The notes beneath the pieces are model-generated. The model was not told the DNA's origin and ran no database searches. It was given only the letters and a program-made list of their open reading frames with translations. This document shows, piece by piece, positions 57,045 to 64,000 of a DNA stretch of 64,000 nt (positions are counted from its first letter, which is position 1; every line of letters begins with the position of its first letter). The stretch is from a virus. Its lineage: Duplodnaviria > Caudoviricetes. The translations under genes were made by a program, and so were the position numbers. The stretch lies in IMG/VR virus record IMGVR_UViG_3300027847_001698; one strand, written 5' to 3'.

Positions 57045-57692
57045 AAAAAATGAGAGGGGGTCTAGTCCCTTCCCATTTTTTTGTAACCGCAATTACATTT
57101 AAGATTTTCATCCTAGTCGCCGATTGTCTGTGTATAGACCAGTTATTTAGCGTGTCCTTAAATAACATTCTTTGCTAACCACTTTTCCCGTAAAAGGAGG
57201 ATAGTTAACTTAGATACACATAGAGAAGCTCAACGTCAAACTCCTGTTACAAAGTTTAAGATTCTTCTCTGTCGGGGATAATACCGAAGTAGGAACTTTC
57301 GGTCGGACCATGGATCTTGAACCATATTGTGGGGTGACTGAGATTAATCCTAGTTTAGTTTAATACAAGTGGAACCGTCATTTACCTAAAATCTCTTTCC
57401 ACTTTAAAAACCGAACACGATAAGACTAACCGTCCCATGACATAAATCAACAATTCAAATAAAACAGATCAGTCGTAATTGGTGGCTGGGAAGTCGCAAA
57501 TACTCTCCGTTAACAATTACATCTATCCTATCGTCCTCGTCAAATGTCGAAAATACAAGGGAAATGTTTCGCCTGTATTTTCAAGTTTTCGAAAAGAATA
57601 TTACATGTACACGAATCAAAATGATTTAGCTTCTCTGCTCAGGCGAAGCTGATCAAATCGACATCATATAACAAAACTCTCGTCCTCTCATA
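57045..57692 (-). ncRNA. Candidate ~640-nt structured ncRNA (ncRNA-C) including its terminator
   Basis: No ORF of 60 aa or more within it apart from a spurious overlap at the edge; promoter variant at 57694-57710; terminator at 57042-57082; at least six local stems plus 5'/3' complementarity. Confidence 0.65.
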
Positions 57693-57758
57693 ATTTAATA
57701 TATATAGATATAGAAATCTAAAATCAGGTAGATAATACTCTACCTTATTTTTCAGTCA

Positions 57759-58430
57759 TCAATCGACCGATCCTTGATCATTAGAAGACTCTGTAGATTT
57801 AGCCATTGGATCACCATTAACGGCCTCTATGTTAGTAGGCTTCTCTGCAAGATCACTCACATCTACAAAGTCTGCAAAGTTTAGAGGAAAGCCCCCATCC
57901 GGTACTTCTTCTGTGGGACCATCTAATAATTCAAGGCCCATATTATGGTTCTCCATTTCAGTTCCTTCAGTCAATTCATTAAGAGTAGTCTGAATGATTT
58001 CAGATAATTCTTCCCCCACTAAATCATTGAGTAAATCAATTTGCATGACACTTGTATCTATTGAAACTTTTCTATATTTGATCCCTAAAGTAGAACTAAG
58101 AAATGTTACAAGATCACCGGCTTCAGCTTCAGTATACTTTTCTTCTAGAATAGGAAACATTTTTTCTCTTAACAAATCTAATTTACTCATCATTAGATCC
58201 ATAACCGTGTTTATAACTTCCGTTTGAGAATCAACTATTTCGGATTTCTTTTTTTCCAGCTCGGCTTTTAGGTCGGGATCTGTTTCCTCTCCAATAAGAG
58301 TATCAGTATTTTTTACTCCAAATGATGCAATTGCACTTATGATCGGATCGGATTGATCTTTGATAAGATCTTCATCATACATAATTTCTACTAACTGTTG
58401 ATGTGGGGTCTTGGTGGTCGAGTCGGCCAT
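57759..58430 (-). CDS. DUF2059-like protein
   Basis: EEKYTEAEAGDLVTFLSSTLGIKY resembles the DUF2059 core. Confidence 0.55.
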   Translation of the reverse strand: MADSTTKTPHQQLVEIMYDEDLIKDQSDPIISAIASFGVKNTDTLIGEETDPDLKAELEKKKSEIVDSQTEVINTVMDLMMSKLDLLREKMFPILEEKYTEAEAGDLVTFLSSTLGIKYRKVSIDTSVMQIDLLNDLVGEELSEIIQTTLNELTEGTEMENHNMGLELLDGPTEEVPDGGFPLNFADFVDVSDLAEKPTNIEAVNGDPMAKSTESSNDQGSVD

Positions 58431-58536
58431 TTGAATACTACCTTTGTTTTTAATTGTAATAAGAAACTTATATTTATTTTATAAGAAAAAACAAGGAGGG
58501 GAGTTACCCCCCTTTGCTTCTTCTCATGGAGGCGAA

Positions 58537-59028
58537 CTATGCCGCCTTCTTCTCGTCCTTCTTCTCGTCCTTCTTCTCGTCCGTCATCTGGAACTCGAGG
58601 AAGCGGGCGAAGACTTCTTTCTGGCCCTCGGTATTTGTCGGAATTTCGACGGAATGGTCCTTCTTTACCATCCACTTGTGAAACTCCGATGATTCATTCT
58701 GGAGGTACTTCAGAGCATCCTTCAGTAACTTAGTCGCTTCCGCCTTTTCCTGTTTTTGGGCGAGCACATTCAACCCCTCCGCGTCTGGTGTCGGACTGAA
58801 CGCCGCCAAGATACGGCACCGATGATTGTTCAGCGCTTTCTCCTGACGTTGGAGATTCGAGATTAATTCATCAGCCTGTTTCTGGGTGAGCCGACCAACA
58901 GACACCAGTGCATTGATGTCGTCTTCCCGCCAGACGAAGGAGTCGCGGCGACGGATGGAACTGATCTGGCGGGAGTTATTGACAACCCCCAGTAACAGTA
59001 ACACGTTGATAATTGATTGGACTAGCAT
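58537..59028 (-). CDS. Hypothetical protein (GC-richer than its neighbours)
   Basis: GGAGG RBS, promoter motif at 59127-59145, DEKK repeat tail. Confidence 0.75.
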   Translation of the reverse strand: MLVQSIINVLLLLGVVNNSRQISSIRRRDSFVWREDDINALVSVGRLTQKQADELISNLQRQEKALNNHRCRILAAFSPTPDAEGLNVLAQKQEKAEATKLLKDALKYLQNESSEFHKWMVKKDHSVEIPTNTEGQKEVFARFLEFQMTDEKKDEKKDEKKAA

Positions 59029-59337
59029 GATTTTCCTCCATGCGTTTATGGTGAACTTAGGCTGTAAACAGCGACTTTAATGGCGATGTCCATTAAAATC
59101 TACAACCTATTACTTTCCTATTCGTAAGTTTATATATATAGACAACATCTTTATATACCAATTAAACGTGTATCTATACTATTTTATTAATACTGATCGC
59201 ATTAAATAATATAAATACATATAGTTCTCGTAACCAATACCATATGTCTGTTTCATTTATAGATTTACCTATAACGATGTGAAGACTTGTTCTTGGATTA
59301 GAAAGTTCCCCCAATCTAACCATTCATCTAAATTCCT

Positions 59338-59382
59338 AAAAAAGAATGGGGAAATATTCATTAACCTTTCCCCATTCTTTCC
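59338..59382 (-). terminator. Intrinsic terminator
   Basis: AAAGAATGGGGAAA / TTTCCCCATTCTTT inverted repeat. Confidence 0.75.
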
Positions 59383-59470
59383 ACCATAAACGCCGCATTA
59401 CTACGAACGAAAACATTAATTCCTTTCTCATATATTGATATACATACTTTACGATTTCTTTAATAATAAG

Positions 59471-60073
59471 TTATATCTTCATATGAGATAGTTCACCTAA
59501 ACATCTGAAATTAGTTCTACCCATCTTGCGGTTAATATCAACATGCCAGTGACCAAATATCCAAATGTCTGGTTGGTGTATCTCGTACATTTGTTGTAAC
59601 AATTGACCAGTCCTGGTCTCTATTTTGGTTAAAGTAACTTTTGTTGTAACCAAGAAGTTTCTCATTACAGTTGGACAATCATGAGTTATCATCAAGCTAG
59701 GTTTAGTTTTTGCATATAAATCTAATGCATCATAACCTTCAGATATTGTAAGTTCTTCTTTCTCCCACCATGATTGATCCGGTGTTCTCAAATGTTTGTC
59801 AATCGAAAATGCACCTCTAACAAAAAAGAAGTCTATATCCCCTAACTTTGTAAACCCGTAATCACCAATACAGTTAGGACAATCATATAACTTATCATAA
59901 TTATCATGATTGCCGGGTAGAAATTTATGTCGGGTAGAATCTACTGATTCCAGATGTGAGTAATCAAAATCCATATCTCCTATCTGCAACGAGCAGTAAT
60001 CTTCCATGAAATCTAGTACTCTAAAATATCCTTCTTTCTTACCATGTACATCTCCTATTAAGACTAATGCCAC
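59471..60073 (-). CDS. Calcineurin-like metallophosphoesterase
   Basis: GDVHG, GD, GNHD, ITHDCP, FGHWH. Confidence 0.92.
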   Translation of the reverse strand: MALVLIGDVHGKKEGYFRVLDFMEDYCSLQIGDMDFDYSHLESVDSTRHKFLPGNHDNYDKLYDCPNCIGDYGFTKLGDIDFFFVRGAFSIDKHLRTPDQSWWEKEELTISEGYDALDLYAKTKPSLMITHDCPTVMRNFLVTTKVTLTKIETRTGQLLQQMYEIHQPDIWIFGHWHVDINRKMGRTNFRCLGELSHMKI

Positions 60074-60085
60074 ACATAACTCCTT

Positions 60086-60285
60086 TTAGTTATCTATTTG
60101 TATTTCTAAGTTTTTCCTGAAACTGATTTCTTTTTTCAGTATATTTTTGAATTTGTTTCTGAATCTTCTACGAACTATAGTACACCCATTTCTTTTGTTA
60201 CTTCTTAATCTTCTAAATAGAAATCTGAGTTGGTTAAAAAATTACGGTGATCTAATATTAATTGAGTTTTGTAGAAGTTGTTCAT
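60086..60285 (-). pseudogene. Basic protein split by a -1 shift at U-UUU-UUA
   Basis: 26-aa ORF whose -1 frame continues 50 codons and ends just before the AAGGAG RBS of the phosphoesterase gene. Confidence 0.3.
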
Positions 60286-60603
60286 AATAAAAAGGATGGT
60301 AATTATGTTTTAATTTGTTCTAGTATATTGGATTTCATACTGGTAATTTGCCTAATCATTACATTATAATAAAATTTAGTTTGCATTGAAGGATTATTAA
60401 TTCTAAAAGAAGGAACTAGAATTCTTCCTTTAGTTACGTATCCCCCAATTGCAACAGTAGTACCTGAGAATGAATAATAACAAAAAATAATCAATCGTGG
60501 ATAGTTCATAAAAAAAACAAGGGGTAAACCCTATTTCAAAGGTTACGTGTGAAATAACATGTCATCTCATAAGTTAATATGTATAGACGGAACAAACCTA
60601 TAT

Positions 60604-60969
60604 ATGAAAATTATACAGGAATATTTAAACGAAGCAAATATCTTCAAGGACATTTTATCTGATGTCAGAAAGAAGGGAAAAGATCTAATCCAAAAATTAA
60701 GCAAGAAAGCTGCTATTGAATTAGAAAAGGATATTAGAAAGAGCCTGACTGAAAAGGGATTAATTATATCTAATCTCAAATTAAGTCTTGGTAAATTCAG
60801 AGGAAGTTATTTTGTCACTTCATGTAAGTTATCAGTGAAGCCCAAAGGACGTATTTTTAAAACAGATACACAAGCAGAAAAACTATTAGTTTTTCTGCAA
60901 TCGGACTTTAGTCCAAAATTCAAATTAAAATCAGTTTCAGATGGTGAAGCTCATTTTAATGTGAGGTAA
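60604..60969 (+). CDS. Basic hypothetical protein with a CTS-like leader
   Basis: ATG at 60604, MKIIQEYLNE/A; GAACAAA at 60590. Confidence 0.75.
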   Translation: MKIIQEYLNEANIFKDILSDVRKKGKDLIQKLSKKAAIELEKDIRKSLTEKGLIISNLKLSLGKFRGSYFVTSCKLSVKPKGRIFKTDTQAEKLLVFLQSDFSPKFKLKSVSDGEAHFNVR

Positions 60970-61126
60970 TCGATTCTTCTTTAACATTTCTTTCAATCAC
61001 TTGAATGATAAAGTTTAAAGTTTTATAGGTAAGGTATATACCAATGATAGTGACCGTTCCTGTGATAATGGCAACTACCAGGATGGTTGCTGCAACGATT
61101 GCAAATATGAGTTCTGCTCCAGTCAT
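60956..61126 (-). CDS. 56-aa single-pass membrane protein, absent from the ORF track
   Basis: GAGG RBS; MTGAELIFAIVAATILVVAIITG... Confidence 0.6.
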   Translation of the reverse strand: MTGAELIFAIVAATILVVAIITGTVTIIGIYLTYKTLNFIIQVIERNVKEESITSH

Positions 61127-61472
61127 AATGATTCCTCTGTTTGATTAAATGGTATGTCGTAGTCTGGATTTAAACCGAAAAATTTGATCTGTCGATTTCT
61201 CAATCAAGATTGTCATCACAGTCTTGGTCATCAATATTTTGATAACAAATTGAGTTGTGTGGACCTTCCCGCCAGAACTAATGCCTGAGGTATCAGACAT
61301 ATGATGTTGTCAGTTATTGATGTATTAACTGATCAAAATATAATAGTTAAAAATAAAGCTCTCCCACTTTTATATATAAGTAATAAAAGATGGAATTTCA
61401 AATCCCATCAATTATTGATATATGTAGACTATCTAATATATAATAAGGAAATAAAAAAAGGACCGAAGCCCT

Positions 61473-61739
61473 TTAGATTACCTTTTGAAGACGCGACATA
61501 TCGCCTTCGCGTTCCTCCTCGCTTACGAAGCAACAGTGAGTACCGATTCTTTTGGTTTTTACCACTCTCCAGTCTTGCCAGAGCCCGTGTTCTGATACCC
61601 TCAGAGCCCATGTGTGTGTCTCACTCTCGGTGCCAAAAGCTAAGTAGTTGGTTTCCCATCGTCCACTACGTGCGTACTGTACTTCAAGAGCCCAGTAATG
61701 TGTTTTACTGCGCCGTGTGCCGAGTCGTTTGGTTTTCAT
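61473..61739 (-). CDS. Hypothetical protein
   Basis: 88 aa, promoter motif at 61814-61830, hairpin at 61452-61475. Confidence 0.65.
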   Translation of the reverse strand: MKTKRLGTRRSKTHYWALEVQYARSGRWETNYLAFGTESETHTWALRVSEHGLWQDWRVVKTKRIGTHCCFVSEEEREGDMSRLQKVI

Positions 61740-61890
61740 CCTGGCCTCCTTTTTGGTTACTATAGTGCGATTTTTCTAATCCTTCTCAGATTGTTAAGTG
61801 TGTTTCTTCACTCAAATATATATATAGACGTTACCCATCCATACCCATCCATAACAATAAATAATATTACATTAAAAAGGGGGGGGGTTA

Positions 61891-61909
61891 TTGTCTATAT
61901 ATATTAATT
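61891..61909 (+). promoter_or_regulatory. Recurring promoter motif TTGTCTATATATATTAATT on the plus strand
   Basis: Inverted copy pointing at the plus-strand gene 62026; fixes the motif's orientation. Confidence 0.75.
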
Positions 61910-62025
61910 TATGAGAAACAACAATTCTAACTCATGGGATATCTTATTTGGGTTGTTCATTGTCTGACTGTAATTGATCTGTCAGATGTAACCAGGAAAG
62001 ATTAATCAACTGAAGGAGCACAGCG

Positions 62026-62208
62026 ATGAAAACGATTATTCGAGTTTGTGTATTCACCTGCGTAATCTGTCACATCCTGCAGGTGCTTGCCAAAATGACC
62101 CAAGACATGCCGCCAGCAGCGGCGAACAGGATCAAAAAGATTGCTGATTATGTCAGCAGTCCGAAGTTCATGGACGATGTTCTAACACAGTTGGATCATC
62201 AGTACTAG
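62026..62208 (+). CDS. Small hypothetical protein
   Basis: AAGGAG RBS; terminator GGGGC-TTCG-GCCC-T8 at 62208-62227. Confidence 0.75.
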   Translation: MKTIIRVCVFTCVICHILQVLAKMTQDMPPAAANRIKKIADYVSSPKFMDDVLTQLDHQY

Positions 62209-62435
62209 GGGCTTCGGCCCTTTTTTTCTTGAAGTTTTTTTAGCACTTTTTTAAGATTATATAAGTATCTAAAAGTTCCAATGTGTACTAACTAATAGAA
62301 CAAAATTTAATAATAATTTTTATAATTCCATTATACATGGAATATACAATTGATTATAAACATGAATGACAGATATACACAATGCAAATTGTCTATTAGA
62401 AGCTAACAATCCAAACTTCTCAGAGAAAAAATAGC

Positions 62436-62675
62436 ATGACAAGAAAAGAAGTAATGATAATAGCTATCAATGAGATGAATACATCATTGAAGCTTGATTC
62501 AGTATTCGAAGACTGTGAGCTCATAAATATTAGCGGACCCGAAAAGGATAGTAGCGGATCAAATAGTTATGACTTAAGTCTAAACTACAAGGGAGGAGAA
62601 TACGCTTTTTTTGTAGAGATTACAGTTCAAGGGGACATTCGATGCGAGTGTTGGTCAGTCCCTAATAAAGAGTGA
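62436..62675 (+). CDS. Hypothetical protein
   Basis: 79 aa. Confidence 0.55.
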   Translation: MTRKEVMIIAINEMNTSLKLDSVFEDCELINISGPEKDSSGSNSYDLSLNYKGGEYAFFVEITVQGDIRCECWSVPNKE

Positions 62676-62773
62676 TTTTTTTGCCGTTTTTTTAAGATTA
62701 GTAAAAATACTTGTATTAGGAAAAAACAATCAGATAGATGAAAATGATGTACCAATCAAGAGGGGTGTAGATA

Positions 62774-63109
62774 ATGGAGAAAGAAGAAAACAACTTAAGT
62801 CTGAATGAGTCAGCCAACTTAACGATAGACGTTAAGAGTTTGGTGGGGATGTGTGCAATGATTCTATCAATGGCGGGTATCTACTTCAGCCTGACCGCAC
62901 AAATAGCACAACTTCAATTAGACGTTATCCGTATGCAAGACTCCGTTGCAACCAATGAAGAATTTCGTATCAAGTGGCCCCGTGGAGAACTTGGAGCTTT
63001 ACCCGATGATGCGGTTCAGGATCTAAACATTGAGTACATTCAAAAAGAATTGGCAAAGATTCAAAGAGAATTTGATGATCACATGGATGAACCACATCAA
63101 AGCAATTAA
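62774..63109 (+). CDS. Membrane-anchored coiled-coil protein with a KWPRGELGALP motif
   Basis: TM helix, then IKWPRGELG.LP.D..Q...IE, a pattern I recognise from small marine phage proteins. Confidence 0.65.
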   Translation: MEKEENNLSLNESANLTIDVKSLVGMCAMILSMAGIYFSLTAQIAQLQLDVIRMQDSVATNEEFRIKWPRGELGALPDDAVQDLNIEYIQKELAKIQREFDDHMDEPHQSN

Positions 63110-63297
63110 GACACAAGAAGTGAAAGAAGCTTAGAACCATAATCGAATACATACAAATGTAGCAAATGAATTTCTATACGAAGGATTCTTTTTCTAATCC
63201 AAAAAATATAAAAAATTTTAAAATTCAATGATACTCTATTGATAAACTATTTTAGAGGATCATTAAATAATATACAAGGAACTTAATTTAAGGAAGT

Positions 63298-63323
63298 AAA
63301 AAAAGACCCGAAGGTCTCTTCTT
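63298..63323. terminator. AAAAAAAGACC-CGAA-GGTCTCTT terminator family, copy 4
   Basis: Same core as the 23680 copy. Confidence 0.8.
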
Positions 63324-63718
63324 CAACACCCATTTCCTGGACCGTTGTAATCAGTATTGTAGCCATGATAGGCTACGCTCCCGCTGCCATAATATGGATG
63401 AACCACATCAAAATCAGGAGCGTGATAATCAGGAGCGTGATCATCCCCATAGTCTACAGTCATTATCAGGTGGATAAGCAATGCGGTTCTCTTATCCACC
63501 AGATGTTGCTTCTTTGTCAACCATCGAGACATGTCTTCCGTAATCTGATGGGTATGCAGACTTGATCTCTTTTCCTTTCTTTGCTTGGCTACAAATAAAG
63601 GAAATGAAGTAACACCCATCTCCTTCAATGTATTTCTGGTGCTCTCCGCCAAGTACTCCCAGCACCCCGGGTTCTCCTCTATCATTTCTGTCAACAGTTT
63701 CTCGTGTTTGTGTTTCAT
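63323..63718 (-). CDS. Hypothetical protein
   Basis: AAGGAG RBS, promoter motif at 63757-63775. Confidence 0.75.
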   Translation of the reverse strand: MKHKHEKLLTEMIEENPGCWEYLAESTRNTLKEMGVTSFPLFVAKQRKEKRSSLHTHQITEDMSRWLTKKQHLVDKRTALLIHLIMTVDYGDDHAPDYHAPDFDVVHPYYGSGSVAYHGYNTDYNGPGNGC

Positions 63719-63809
63719 GATAGTACTCCTTTCTTTGTTGGATTGTTGTTTCTTATAAGTAAATATGTATAGACGACATTTAGCAAGAAAGACTAGTATA
63801 AGTATTAGT

Positions 63810-63990
63810 AAAGATTATGGGGTCTAGAAGGTTTTGCTAAAGGTACTAGAAAAGATTATGGGACCTAGAAGGTTTTGCTAAAGGTTGCTAAAGGTTGCTA
63901 GAAAAGATTATAGGGACTAGAAGGTTGCTAAAGGTTGCTAAAGGTTGCTAGAAAAGATTATAGGGACTAGAAGGTTGCTAAAGGTGCTAG
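63810..63990. repeat. Nested non-coding tandem array: four 41-52 bp units built on the 10-mer AAGGTTGCTA
   Basis: AAGATTAT unit heads at 63811, 63852, 63904 and 63954. Confidence 0.9.
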
Positions 63991-64000
63991 TAATGAAAAA

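Noticed and set aside
57045-57692. Group I intron or RNase P identity for ncRNA-C
   Set aside because: It interrupts no gene; the GACUG/UAGUC pairing lacks the flanking R/S consensus, and the RNase P-like words are wrongly spaced.
59029-59125. Riboswitch in the 5' leader of the 58537 gene
   Set aside because: Only two small hairpins (TTTAATGG/CCATTAAA, GCTG/CAGC); no c-di-GMP, preQ1 or other aptamer consensus recognised.
59127-59145. Reading the recurring motif as an archaeal BRE-TATA box (AAGTTTATATA) on the opposite strand
   Set aside because: Several copies have no gene in that direction, the 61891 copy fixes the other orientation, and the Shine-Dalgarno sites and khpA point to a bacterial host.
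60956-61126. Type IV pilin mimic
   Set aside because: Lacks the G/F-T-L-x-E prepilin cleavage motif; treated as a generic TM peptide.
61301-61765. 154-aa plus-strand ORF
   Set aside because: Overlaps the better-supported minus-strand gene 61473-61739 with its promoter and terminator; no RBS.
63810-63990. CRISPR array
   Set aside because: There are no unique spacers; the inter-repeat DNA is itself made of the same 10-mer, and no cas genes are in the window.
1-64000. Stop-codon reassignment (code 15 or 4) and tRNA genes
   Set aside because: Conserved genes are full-length in code 11 and end at TAA, TAG and TGA; I saw no cloverleaf with a GTTCRAATCC arm and CCA.

Overview
This 64-kb AT-rich window is part of a large, T4-like (myovirus-type) bacteriophage genome read in the standard genetic code. 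It holds the head module (acidic core/scaffold, gp20-like portal, gp21-like protease, gp23-like major capsid protein) and tail/receptor genes (PAAR, gp15-like, LamG fibre, beta-helix spike, three tandem paralogues). It also holds a DnaB-like helicase, nucleotide metabolism genes (dNMP kinase, NDT-like, ThyA) and a 7-deazaguanine DNA-modification set (QueE, QueC-like, TGT/DpdA-like). Three things stand out beyond the ORF track. (1) At least seven dispersed genes begin with a 10-residue leader, M-[KNR]-x-I-x-x-[FY]-L-x-E, that resembles the T4 capsid-targeting sequence. It is attached to NUDIX, LigD-phosphoesterase, P-loop kinase and ADP-ribosyltransferase-like domains, which suggests a packaged and injected enzyme payload. 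(2) Three ORF-poor, hairpin-rich minus-strand segments (about 280, 365 and 640 nt) each lie between a recurring phage promoter motif (GTCTATATATATT-like) and a terminator. Two have complementary 5' and 3' ends, so they are candidate novel structured ncRNAs; the phage also carries a host-like KhpA RNA-binding protein. (3) A Hint domain lacking its N-terminal nucleophile is fused to an extensin-like Ser-Pro(n) polypeptide. All family assignments come from motif recognition by eye; no database searches or folding programs were run.
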